Part shown: piece after piece, positions 24,235 to 35,409 of the stretch
Layout: each line of letters opens with the position of its first letter
Numbering within the stretch: position 1 is the stretch's first letter
Notes under the pieces: model-generated
The model's database searches: none
Told to the model about the DNA's origin: nothing
What the model saw: the letters and a program-made list of their open reading frames with translations, nothing else
Program-made: the position numbers and the translations under genes
Source: Mytilus californianus
Taxonomy: Eukaryota
Assembly: GCF_021869535.1 (NCBI RefSeq)
Contig: NW_026262701.1
Coordinates: forward strand, 37,634,001-37,698,000
Direction of reading: 5' to 3'
DNA length: 64,000 nt

Positions 24235-24985
24235 ACTTTAAAAGAACAAAATGCACACGCAAAATGCTTACAGTACAAATAAGGCAATGCAAAGTTTGAA
24301 GTACAAGTAAGGTATTAAACTGAAAGAAAAAATGTAAATGCGCGAAAGTTTGCAGTACAGGTAAGATATTCAACTGTAAAGAATAAATGCGAATGCAAAA
24401 AATGTCATACGAATAAGGTATCAACCTAAAAAGAAATATGCAAATGGCGAAAGTTTGCAGCAAAAAACTGTTTTTTTTAACTGAAAAGAAAAAAAGCAAA
24501 TGCAGAAAGTTTGCAGTACAAAAAAAGTATTTAATTGAAAAGAAAAAATGATATACAGAAAGTTTGAAATGACATAAGGTATTTAACTGGGAAAACAATG
24601 TAAATACAGATTGTTAGCTGTACAAGTAAGGTATTTAATTGAAAAGAATAATACAAATGCAAAATGTTTGCAGAACAAGTAAGGTATTATGCTTAAAAGA
24701 AAAATGCAAATGAAGAAAAGTTTGCAATACAAGTAAGGCACTTAACTTGGAAGAAGAAACTTCAATTGCATGTTTCAGTACAGATAAGGCTATGCTACTG
24801 AAAAGACAAAATGCACATGCAAAATTTGTCAGTTCAAATATGGCAATGCAAAAACGTCTGCAATGCAAATTGGAAATTAATTAACTGAAAAGAAAAAATG
24901 CAAATGTAGAAAGTTTGCAATACAAATAAGGTATTGAACAGAAAAGAAAAATATGCAACTGTAAAAATTCACAGTGCAAGTAATG
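24235..24985. repeat. Degenerate ~53-bp minisatellite, about 14 copies
   Basis: The AAGGTATT-like anchor recurs at 24309, 24363, 24415, 24576, 24628, 24681, 24735 and 24786 (51-54 bp steps). Consensus near AAGGTATTTAACTGAAAAGAAAAAATGCAAATGCAGAAAGTTTGCAGTACAAGT. Confidence 0.85.
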
Positions 24986-25924
24986 GTATGCTATTTGGTG
25001 GTATTTTTTTATTATTATTTTTACTTCTACCTTCACGGCAACTTTTTGAAAATCTTAGATACCCAAACTTGTGAAGTACTTTAACCTTGGCAACTTAAAA
25101 CAACTTCAATATATGAAGGCGTTGTCTGTCTGCATTGTCTTAATCTAAAATTCATGAACTGTTGCATAAAAGTGTACGTGGTCCATTCACTGAAAATGGT
25201 TATCAGTAAGTTATCAATGTTTTATTCGTACTACAATTATGGGTAAAATCGTGTTTCAAGTAGCATAATTTAAAGATGTTTCGTAAACCTTACACAGCAT
25301 GAAGAGCCATAGTTTCTCTTGGTTACACATTGTGGATGTTTATAGAGTTTCTAGTTTTTCTCATTTTTATTATTATTTTAACAAACAATAAAGCTGGTCT
25401 ATTCTAGTAAACATTTGAAAGTATTTCTTAGTGATATGTTCGTGTTCATTTCTTAAATAAAGATTTCCATGGGTGAAAAAAGGAAACACAATCATAAGTC
25501 TGTATTTCAAACGACAACCTCGTCAATCAGAAAAAAAGGATTTAAAGGTTACAATCAACCATTAATATTATGGGCGGTATTCAGAATTAAGAGTATGGCT
25601 AATCCTGATTAGTCGATATGTGCACCCGTTATTTTTTAATATTAGAGACTTCGTGCACTCTGCATTATACCAAAGGCAAAATAATATATTGTCCTTAGTC
25701 CGAAGTCTTTTCTACGCTAGGATTAGATACGTGTTTTAAGTGCAAAATTGACAAGCAAGGGAGATCAGTACAAATTACGTTAGGAAAAGTCGAAATGTTC
25801 TAACAGGTCAACTTTGTTGAATGTGGAAGGCACTCGAAGGAGATTTTCGTTTATCAAAAATGAGAACGTGTTTGATAATCATTAGAGAAACAGATTCTTA
25901 CATAGTTACTCGTGGATTACTAGT

Positions 25925-25984
25925 ATTTATCCAATAGAGATAGTTAAATTATCCATTTTTAGAGTCCATCTCGATTGGATAAAT
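25925..25984. repeat. 17-bp inverted repeat (16/17) with 26-nt spacer
   Basis: ATTTATCCAATAGAGAT ... ATCTCGATTGGATAAAT. Confidence 0.7.
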
Positions 25985-26204
25985 CAGATAATCCACTATA
26001 TTTCTCTAATTTGATTGTGTTCATGTTTTAAAAAGATTGAATAAAAAAACAACCAGAGTTACTTAGTATGATGATAAACTTTTATTAAGATAGAGAGCAA
26101 GCTATGAATTCTATCGAAATATCGAACTTATTCCTAATTATTCACTTGACGATTATCATATATGAGGGTCTGGATGGGGGTCCTTCATTTCTTTATTCTT
26201 TAAC

Positions 26205-27308
26205 TTTATAGAACTGTGCGCTTCTCCTTGTCGGCCTCTTCTAATTTTCATACGAGTCGGAGTTCCTTCAAACACTGATCAAAAACAAGAAAATCAAAGA
26301 AGCCAGATCATTTAATTTCACATTCAGATATATTGATGATGTTCTTTCCATTAACAATCCAAATTTTTCTGATTGGGTTCTATTAATATATCCTCCAGAA
26401 CTAGAAATTAAAGAAACAACAGACACGGCTTCCTTCGCCTCATTTTAAGACTTATACCTCGAATTTGACATAAGCGGTCATCTCAGAACCAGAATCTATG
26501 ACAAACGAGACGATTTTAATTTTGAAATTATAAATTTCAACCGTCTAAGCAGCAATATACGTACCAACTTCACATGCATATGGGATGTACATTTCCAAAC
26601 TCATTCGGTATTCAAGTGCTTGCAGCTGCTACTCAGACTTTATAAAACGTCAACAGTGTCTGAGCAGAAAGTTGATGAACCAGGGTTATGTCAAAGAACG
26701 TCTCGTCCTTTTTCTAAAAAAAAAGTTCAACGGAAGATATCAAGTCCTTGTTGATAAATATTCCGTATTAACTTCACAAATAATACATAATGGTCTTGAA
26801 GTATAGATTCTATGTACGACGTTGTATTTGTATATTTTAAACCTTTAATGTTTACTGTTTAGTCCAATTTTTGTAATATTATTTTGGCGTGGCTCGGTGT
26901 TTATTCATTTCTGCTCATGTACTTTGTCTATAGAGTGTCTTTATGTCATCTTTGTTTTTTGTTGTTGAAATAGTTATTTGTTTTATAGTGATTTAGATTA
27001 TAACACAATGTTGACTGCTGTACCCAAATTTTTGACATATTTACCTATTATGTCTGTTTGTTGTGCTCACACATTGTTGTCAATATAATGGTATTCTATG
27101 CGAAAGTCATAAAAGTGAGAGGTTTAGATAGCTATAAAACCAGGTTTTATCCACCATTTTCTGCATAAGGTAATGCCTGTACCATCAGGAATATGACAGT
27201 TGTTTTCCATTCGTTTGATGTGTTTGAGTTTTTGATTTTGACATTTGATTAAGGACTTTCCGTTTCGAATTTTCTTAGAGTTCGGTATTTTTGTTATTTT
27301 ACTTTTTA
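26205..27308 (+). mobile_element. Penelope-like retroelement, copy 2 (5'-truncated in RT)
   Basis: Colinear with 21160-22318: SYESEFLQTLIKNKKIKEARSFNFTFRYIDDVLSINN ... YISKLIRYSSACSCYSDFIKR..LSRKLMNQGYVKERL ... IIHNGLEV* at 26806, then the same UTR. Confidence 0.9.
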
Positions 27309-28706
27309 CTCTATTCTTTATAATTCAGCACCCAATTAGTCTCTATTCTTTATATTGTTTGCCCTTTATTCTGCACGGTTTGCCAATTAATCACTATTCT
27401 GTAAACTCCATCCATACCCTCATATATTGTCGTTTTAGCATTCTTTCAGAGCACTACATTTATTGTTATTATTTCTTCGTAATTTGTCTTGACCTTCACT
27501 CAGTTTAATTCAACAAAGTGTGCAGATATTATAACTTTCATTTGGTGCAGGGCCAAACAAATTGACGATATAGGAAACAAACAAGGTCTTTTATTTGTAA
27601 TTTCATTGGTCAAATATCCTTATGATAGTATAAAATAAGAAATTTGAAATTCGAACAATTTAATGTTTGGAAGGCTTGTAAGTATTTATTTAAATTATAT
27701 TTTACTATATTAAAGTGAAGTATTTTAGTATATTGTTTGTTTTAGAATGAGTTTCATAACAGCGTGGACATGGACACATGATAATTAAATGTTATCGTAT
27801 GTATCACTGGCTGTCGACAACAAAGACTTCACGCAATTACAGTATGTCAGGGGCCTCTCAATGGGGATATACATAATTACTATCTTTACACATGTCCATT
27901 CATAAAATAAAAGTTTTTGCATATAAATTTATAGGAATTTGTTTTGAATATAGTTATATACTCATAACAAAAAGTTTTTTTTGACAGAATGAGTATATTC
28001 AGAGGTGATATCACCAAGTAATCAAGAGAAAAAAAAACGTTCCGTGGCTCCTTAAAAAAATAAGAAAACATTTATTCGTACGAGTTGATGTAGAGTAACC
28101 TACGATCAACTGTCATACTAAGATTATTTTTGTTGGTAATAAGAACCCCGGACCTTCATAAAAAAATATTTTAGTCCTGTAAGCTGTGCAATTTTTTGCA
28201 CGGAATAAATTTGAATTCCCATCGAAGACTCCAACGATAAGATTTTCATTTCAATATCATTCTAACATAAAAAATAACTCGTGAAAATATCAAGAAGCAT
28301 ATGAATCCGGTCTTGTGTTGATTGGAGTCAGAGTAGCTTTTGTGGAAACATTGGCATTTATTTTAGATGTTGTTATTCCTGAACACGTATAACAAAAGTT
28401 ACGGGATCTATATTCTTTTACTACAAATTTAAGCAAGTAATTTCAATGAATTTGGTCTTACTCAACTATTTTTTTTTGTTATTTGAGAACGCATATTGGA
28501 CATGTTTGAGACAATTCTGCATAAACGTTTATTTGCAATTTTACATGCTTCATTGAGAATTAAAACATTTTTAATCACTAAAGAACGGTCCAAATATCTT
28601 ACACCCATTGTATTTTGAGTCATGTTTTTAATATTATTTTCATATTTTATAGCCCACAAGACTTCAGATTTTATAGCCCACAAGACTTCAAATTATTAAA
28701 TTTAAG

Positions 28707-28755
28707 ATGATGTCTAAATGGACGTTGCTTTTCCTTATTCCATCAGTTATCGCAG
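28707..28755 (+). CDS. Apextrin-like ApeC-domain protein, exon 1 (signal peptide)
   Basis: ATG at 28707, MMSKWTLLFLIPSVIA, GCAG|GTAGTT donor, phase 1, which joins in frame to exon 2. Confidence 0.8.
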
Positions 28756-29088
28756 GTAGTTACATTTTGCATATGTGTGTATTTATATGATATATTTTGA
28801 ATTATTGAATATAACAATTTGGATATGGTATGATTGCAAATGAGACAAATATCCACCAGAGTTCAAATGACGTGGAGTTATGAAACTATAGTTCAGTTAT
28901 ATGCATCAATTTAGCCAAATTTTTGACAAAATATTCATTTTGCTTAGGTTATTTATTTTTCAAAATGAATTGGAATATATATATAGAGCTTGTATAGTAA
29001 TTTCCCGCTATAATGTGAACAAATATACATGCATTTCGGTATATTGAAGTATACATTGTATTCGTTTTTTTTTTAAATTATTTTGCAG

Positions 29089-29226
29089 TTAGTTGGCCTT
29101 CTGGTAGATATACCTTAATTAAGCCACAATCTGGATGCCCGTACAACTGGCAAGAAGGATGGCGACACCAAGACAATGAAGATAAAAATAATATAAATGC
29201 TGTAAGCAGTCCTCATCACTTTGCAG
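29089..29226 (+). CDS. Apextrin-like ApeC-domain protein, exon 2
   Basis: TTTTGCAG|, VSWPSGRYTLIKPQSGCPYNWQEGWRHQDNEDKNNINAVSSPHHFA, CAG|GTAAGC. WPxGxYxLxxPxxGCP and DNED are ApeC motifs. Confidence 0.92.
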
Positions 29227-29552
29227 GTAAGCTGTCTTAATCTTTGTATATTTATTCCAACCGAATATTCATGCACATTTTTTTATGTCAGTTATTTGTC
29301 TCGTCATCTTATTTTTACAATCAAGCAAAAATAAATGTGTCCAAAATAAGTAAAACTAACAGCACTTTGAAATAATTGATCAGCACCAAATGATTTTGTT
29401 TTCATTCCTTTCCTTTTTTTCTTCTTCTTATGTTCGGAACACAGATTGTATATTCATTTGATTTGTAAGAGAACAATTAAAACTTCAGACAATATATCAT
29501 AATTCTTGTCATTGGAGAATAAGTTATTTTTCATGTGTAATTATATTTTTAG

Positions 29553-29669
29553 GATCCTTTGGTAGGAACACAAAGATGTATTACTGTACTAAAAACGCAT
29601 ACAGTGGGTCCGGATCATGGCCAAAAGGGAATTACTGTATCCTCAAATATGACTCCTATTGTCCTTCTG
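29553..29669 (+). CDS. Apextrin-like ApeC-domain protein, exon 3
   Basis: TTTTTAG|, GSFGRNTKMYYCTKNAYSGSGSWPKGNYCILKYDSYCPS, CTG|GTACGT, phase 1-1. Confidence 0.92.
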
Positions 29670-29859
29670 GTACGTATCATATATTTGATTGTATCCGTAT
29701 GTTTATCGCACACGAAAATGATTTATTGGTATATATTTTTTTCAATATATACCAGCTCAGTACGATTTACCTTTCAAAAGATGAGTAATTTAAAATCTAA
29801 TACAAAACATTGAACAATTATCATTTCAAGTTGATTGGTATATTTACAATTGTTTAATT

Positions 29860-30045
29860 CAATCATTCGTTTGTTCGTTCGTTCGATCATTAATTCAATT
29901 ATCGGATTGATTGATAGATTGATTGATTGATTAATTCATTTATTCAATCATTGATTTTTTCATTCATATTATAAGTATTTATTCATTTATCAATTCATTC
30001 ATGATTTATCAATTTATTCATTTAAATTTTTGTTATTGATGAATT
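29860..30045. repeat. Degenerate (ATTC/ATTG)n low-complexity tract in apextrin intron 3
   Basis: Runs of TTCG, ATTG and ATTC tetramers. Confidence 0.7.
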
Positions 30046-30278
30046 CACTGTCATTCAATACTGTGACCATCTCTGATACCTCTACAAGATACGATACTTG
30101 TTCAGTTGTTATTTACAGTACAAAAATCTCAAACGAACAAACATGACCTAAATGTCTTCAAGGTTCTTTTAATACTTTAAGCAGTTTAAGTCCGGCCGTA
30201 CATGAATATATTAAACAAAACATATGATATCACATGCCAGAAAACCTAGATAAGCATATATCTTTTTCACAAAATCTC

Positions 30279-30323
30279 AGCGCTTACTGTGAGTCTTGTG
30301 TAGACGAAACGCGCGTCTGGTGT
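30279..30323 (+). ncRNA. Type I hammerhead ribozyme motif (retrozyme fragment), core mutated
   Basis: CTGTGA-GTCT TGTGT AGAC-GAAA-CGCGCG-TC-TGGTGT. Stem II, GAAA, the palindromic ACGCGCGT stem III and the UC site are intact, but the core reads CUG-UGA instead of CUGAUGA. Confidence 0.75.
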
Positions 30324-30465
30324 ATAAAATTTTAATCCTGGTATCTATGGTGAGTTTATTGACTAGCTGAAAACTAGCTTGAACGAAGATGGACATCATG
30401 GTTTAATATATCGCCTCCTTTATTCTATGTAACATACACATAAGTAAATTTGTAGTATTTTGTAG

Positions 30466-30583
30466 GATTTAGTACCGGTAGTATTTATTGGGATGATGAG
30501 GACTCTAATAATGCTAACGACAAAAGTGGAGTACTTCCCAGTGGAACGTATGACAGAAATACCAAGATAAATTACTGTTGCAG
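30466..30583 (+). CDS. Apextrin-like ApeC-domain protein, exon 4
   Basis: TTTTGTAG|, GFSTGSIYWDDEDSNNANDKSGVLPSGTYDRNTKINYCC, CAG|GTATCT, phase 1-2. Confidence 0.92.
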
Positions 30584-30614
30584 GTATCTATCTATTAATA
30601 AGTATTTTAATATA

Positions 30615-30985
30615 GAAAAAAGGAGATGTGGTACATGTACGATTACCAATGAGACAAGTATCCATCCAAGTACAAATGAAGTGGATGTAAGCAATTATAG
30701 ACAACCGTACGGCCTTCAACAATGAGAAAACCCATACCGTATAGTCGGCTATAAAAGGCCCCGACATGAAAAATATGAAAAATATGAAACAATTCAATTG
30801 AGAAAACTAACGGCCTAATTTATAACAAAACAATTTACGAAAAACAAGTATGAGAGACATGAACCAATGACAACCACTGAACTACATGCCCCTGACTTGG
30901 GACAGGCGCATAAAGAATGTGGCGGGGTTAAACATATATATTTGTGAGCGCGCAACCCTCCCCTTAACCTTGCACAGTGGTGTTT
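30615..30985 (-). mobile_element. Dispersed repeat family A copy in apextrin intron 4
   Basis: AAAAAAGGAGATGTGG...GTACGGCCTTCAACAATGAG...CCTGACTTGGGACAGG (30891-30906)...GTGGCGGGGTTAAACA. Confidence 0.85.
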
Positions 30986-31361
30986 TAGACTGACAGACTT
31001 AAACTGATTACATATTTTAATATCACAAAAATAAAAGTGGTGTTATTTCTCGTCTATTTATTTAAGAGCTTTTTAACGTTTTTGTTTACAAATGACAATT
31101 GTTTTCCGACCATATGTGTAACATGACGAATTTGATTTCTTAAGCGAGTTGGAACATGTTCCTTTTGGGTTTTTTTCGGAAAAGAAATTTAAGAAAAAAA
31201 ATATTGAAAATTGATCAAAATACAAAATGTATTTCTCAAAATAATTTGAAACGTATGTATGACACATATTTTATGCTAACGACACGTTTTTCATTACACT
31301 GAAAGGAAAAAAGGATTGTAAAGCAAGTTGAAAATGTCATCCGTGTACTTTATTTATACAG

Positions 31362-31584
31362 GTCTGATGGGTCCTACAGTACCGCCATTAGGCTTCCAAC
31401 TAGTCGAGCTTTTTACCTGTTGAGATTTACTTCAAGCTGTCAAAGGGTGATTGGGATGAGTGTAAGAGAGGAGTATGTGAAGACTGACGACGAAGACAAC
31501 AATAATGCAAACAGCGTCAGTGGAAGCCATCCTATGAAATCTGGGACAAGAAACACACAACTTTACTACTGTTACTATTATTAA
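31362..31584 (+). CDS. Apextrin-like ApeC-domain protein, exon 5 (terminal); protein 214 aa
   Basis: TTTATACAG|, RSDGSYSTAIRLPTSRAFYLLRFTSSCQRVIGMSVREEYVKTDDEDNNNANSVSGSHPMKSGTRNTQLYYCYYY*. AATAAA at 31657-31662. Confidence 0.92.
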
Positions 31585-32265
31585 AAACAAATGACTTTTA
31601 CATCTGATTTCTAACTTATTTTTGTGTTTTTTCTGTACTATATCATTTCAAACTGGAATAAAATCTTGTTCTTGATGGGTTTCTTTTGTTTTTTAATAGC
31701 ACTAAAAAATGCCGTCAAGTTGTTAGTATACGGTAGGGATTAACTGTGACCATCCTGTTGCAGATTTATTATTTTACTGCTGTAAACCACAGTTAATGGC
31801 TAAACTTCACAACAGCCAAACGAAACATCACTTTATACATATTGTAAAAAATACATGCAGATATTTAGACGACATATTCTCTGTAAACCAAGATTTCTTA
31901 AATATATAAACGGAATTCATTTACTTGAACTCATTGACTCTTAAGCCTACCTAGCTGTTGAAAGTTGTTTTTTCATCCATCAGCTGTTACACAGTAGCTA
32001 CCATTTTTATTTTACTGTAGTAGTGATCACAGTCATAAACCATATTGTCAAACTATTTGCCGTTTTTCTTTTCTTGTTTTAGAAAGCAGTCATTCTGTTG
32101 ATACGTGTAGCTGCACTGTTTAAAGGGTTCCGTATGTGGACTCGTTTAAGGCTAAACGCATAACTAAGAATTTAGGTGTCAGTCCAAATTTCCTATAGTC
32201 CCAGTCGATCGCCAATTGCATGACAAACCTATTATTTTGTTATCAACTTGTTCTCGTGCTGAACA

Positions 32266-32312
32266 TGCATGAAATACTTGCCACTGGACGTAAAGTTAAC
32301 AACAATCAATCA
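32266..32312 (+). mobile_element. Probable SINE 3' tail, with an inverted related tail at ~32630-32680
   Basis: AACTTGTTCTCGTGCTGAACATGCATGAAATACTTGCCACTGGACGTAAAG..AACAATCAATCA ends in (CAAT)n, like mollusc tRNA-derived SINE tails as I recall them. No tRNA head is visible. Confidence 0.4.
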
Positions 32313-32929
32313 TCTTTTCTTCTTCCTTTCTTTTTCATCTTTTTTTTCTTTCTTTCTTAGTTTTCTACTTCTTCTTTTTTTTTGTCTGATTCTTTTTCAT
32401 CTAATCAACCAATCTTTTTTACTTCCTTTCAATTTTTACTAATGGCTTGCTGTGTGCCAATTTTGGAAGGACTTGTTGCTTGGTATTTATTTTTTTTTTA
32501 CATGATACTTTTGCAGATTTGTACTAGGATGGGCTTTTTTCGCACAAAGTACAGCCTTTATAGATTTTACAATATTATAATAATAGACTTATTAATAAAA
32601 CAAAAGACAATTCGAATACACCTTCTTGATGTTTGGTTGATTGATTGTTGTTTGTTCAACGTCAGGTGACATAAATACAATAGCTAGGTCTTGTTATAGT
32701 CGATCGGGATGAAGGGCGGGAAATTTTGACATCTAAGTTTTCTATGTTTCGAACCACACCTTTGTTGTTTGTCTTTGATCGTACGCCTATTATTTTGTTC
32801 GAAGGAGTAGTTTTTGGTTGTTAATGATGTCTGTTATAATGCCTAATATTTCTTGTTGTCATTTTTTGTTTGTATCATTTATACAGTTATGAGAACTCAT
32901 GATCCTACATCCTGTCGATACTATTTACT

Positions 32930-33325
32930 TATTTTATGGGATTGCACAAGGTCATGGGTTTCTCAGATTGTTTATGGCGTCTTTACACTAAATCCATTGG
33001 ATATGTACTGATTGATAACATGGTCTGGGATAATATGATTTATTTTTTAGTTATAATTGGCTTTCAACTAGCTTTCAGTGTCTGTGAGGACTCTTATGTC
33101 GGTGCTTTGTGTCTATTGTTTTTATTTAGTTCTTTTTGTACGTCTTATCGATCTTTTAAGTTAAACCAATTGCAACTGATTTTTACAGTTTGTTCTTGTA
33201 TTAGCTGTTATACCACTTTCCAAGGTAAAGAGGATTGTTGAGCAATCACGAGCATCCTTAACCCCGCCACATTCTTTGTGTGCCTGTCCCAGATCAGGAG
33301 CTTGTAGTTCAGAGGTTGTCGTTGG
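32930..33325 (+). mobile_element. Diverged family A-type copy, truncated at a hairpin-capped element
   Basis: TTTCAACTAGCTTTCAGT...TTAACCCCGCCACATTC...GCCTGTCCCAGATCAGGAGC, colinear with 35570-35870. Confidence 0.7.
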
Positions 33326-33340
33326 TATCTAGGCCGTTAT

Positions 33341-33366
33341 TGCGTGAACCCCTGAGGGTTCACGCA
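33341..33366. repeat. Perfect 11-bp stem, 4-nt loop hairpin (Helitron/Helentron-type terminal palindrome)
   Basis: TGCGTGAACCC-CTGA-GGGTTCACGCA. Confidence 0.7.
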
Positions 33367-34019
33367 TATTTATTAGTTAGAAATATAGTCTATGGAGGAA
33401 TATTCGGAAGCTAAATTATTGTTCATTCGGAACACCTATTCATCTTATCTGTATTAGCTTCCTGCAATTAAGAGCACCTCCATACGGTGTATCTAAGATA
33501 TTTAAAACATGGCAATAAAGAATTTTCACAGATCGCTAATTCACTTATCTGATATATGATAATAAACAACCTTTTCAAAAGTGTATTTATTGTAAAGCTA
33601 CATTTTATGCATTGCAAAGGTTGCCTAACTTGAGCAAAGTTGACAGTTGTACCCTTTGATAAACAAGTGAAAGTTAAATGGTCAAGATTTAATTATAACG
33701 ACCTATGGTATCAAACATCTGTGTCTAGATATTCACAGAGAGATATTTTAAAATAGTGCTGTGGTTTCTACATAATGAGTTATAGTGGGCTTTTGGGATT
33801 TGATTTGTAACAATAAAATCATTATGCACACTTGTCATTTTGACAAATCAGATAAAAAAAAATCTGTTTCAAATGAAAATAAAACAAGTAAAATAAAGAC
33901 TGTTCGTTAATATACATTTTTACAACTTTTACTGTTTCTTTTTTACAGTATTCTCTATCAATTAAGTTATCTTGTAAGTTAATTAAATGTTTATTTAATT
34001 CATTGATGTCACTATTATT

Positions 34020-34250
34020 TCAGTGACCGCTGCAGAAAGTCTTGACTCGTTCAAGAGACTACTGCATGCACATTAAATTTCAAGTCCCATATGTTTTTAT
34101 TTGCACCATGTATAAATGTTATGTACATCACAAATTATTTCCTTTCTGTTAAAATTATTTTTGGACTTGTTATAAGTATGCAAGCGCACACCAAACAGTG
34201 ACAGGATAGTCAACCAAATGGCGGTGGTCACTTAGTGGTAGAAGTAGAAA
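34020..34250 (+). mobile_element. 3' end of a CR1/L2-type LINE
   Basis: VTAAESLDSFKRLLHAH* is a typical ORF2 C-terminus, followed by a short UTR ending GGTAGAAGTAGAA. Confidence 0.6.
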
Positions 34251-34420
34251 TTTCTTATATTATTCACACACTGTAATGCTCTTAAATGTATGTGTGTTTT
34301 AGATGTGCACTAGTGATTGGTAAATATTGATACGTTTCTGTGTTTTTAATATATGTGACTTAACATCAAGAATTCCATTATTATGGAATCGTTCACTTTT
34401 GTACACTTCGGTATCTAAAT

Positions 34421-34962
34421 AGAGGGTGGCAAAAGGGAGGGTCTGAAAACGGAAACACGTGAAATAACAAATCACAAAAACGTTGCTCGGAAAAAAAAAC
34501 ACTCTGGAAAAACGGAGCCAAGGAATAAAATCGTAAATATTAAGGAAAAAAGTACCAAAAGTTATTACTCAGCTGTTCTTGGAGATCATGCAGTCATTAT
34601 AAATGGACATATAGCGACCCTGCATGTGGTCACCTTTTAGCGTCCGTTAGTTGCGTCCGATTTATCATAGTAATACAGGCTATTAATAAATATCTTGGGA
34701 CCAATTAATTAGTTTATAATTTGAAACAATATTTGGGCTGACGTTGAATTAGATCCGGTTTACTTTTTAATCAAATGCGGGATAAGCACGAGAAAATAAG
34801 AGTACCGACCCTAAACACGGAAAATAATTAAGGGAAAACACGAAGCACGCACATCGAACAAAACACGAGAAAACGAGAAATAAAACGTCGAAACACGGAA
34901 ACACGTGAAATAAAAAAGGCCGAAAACGTTGCACGAACGTGAATAACCCTTTACCACCCTCT
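34421..34962. mobile_element. TIR element with 4-bp AAAT target-site duplication
   Basis: Left AGAGGGTGGCAAAAGGG, right CCCTTTACCACCCTCT. AAAT at 34417-34420 and 34963-34966. Subterminal AAACACG(T/A)GAAA repeats at both ends. Confidence 0.8.
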
Positions 34963-34984
34963 AAATAGGCCGGCCATACTTGAT

Positions 34985-35380
34985 GTCGACACCTCATATT
35001 AGAACTTAAGTAGATGGTCAATTTCGTTTGCAAGGTTAAAGAAATCTTCAACTTGCTCTAATTTGCCTGTGAAGACCATAAAACCGTCATCCCTATTGAC
35101 AGTGTAATTTGATGTTTTCTCTCCATTGGAACTTATCTAAGATTCTAATGAATAGGGCAGACAGATGCAGATCTGTGCATGTTGGTGACAATGGGCGCTC
35201 CTATAATGTGTTTGTATAACAGTCCATTAAACTCAAATTCATTGTTTCTAAGAATTAATTTAACAAATGCAGTTAAATCTATTTTGTTGAGAATCTTTAG
35301 GTTCCCCTGTGTGTCAATTAGTTCTAATGAATTGATAACAGTTTCTTCTAAATTATTAATGATCATATGTACGTGTGTAC
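34985..35380 (-). mobile_element. RT fragment of a second Penelope-like family
   Basis: KLILRNNEFEFNGLLYKHIIGAP, then RDDGFMVFTGKLEQVEDFFNLANEIDHLLKF*YEVS. Motifs differ from the YIDD family at 20-27 kb. Confidence 0.75.
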
Positions 35381-35409
35381 ATTGACGTACATCATAGGCA
35401 ATAAGAATT

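Noticed and set aside
24206-24868. Phe/Leu-rich minus-strand ORFs of 130 and 77 aa
   Set aside because: These are translations of the A-rich 53-bp minisatellite.
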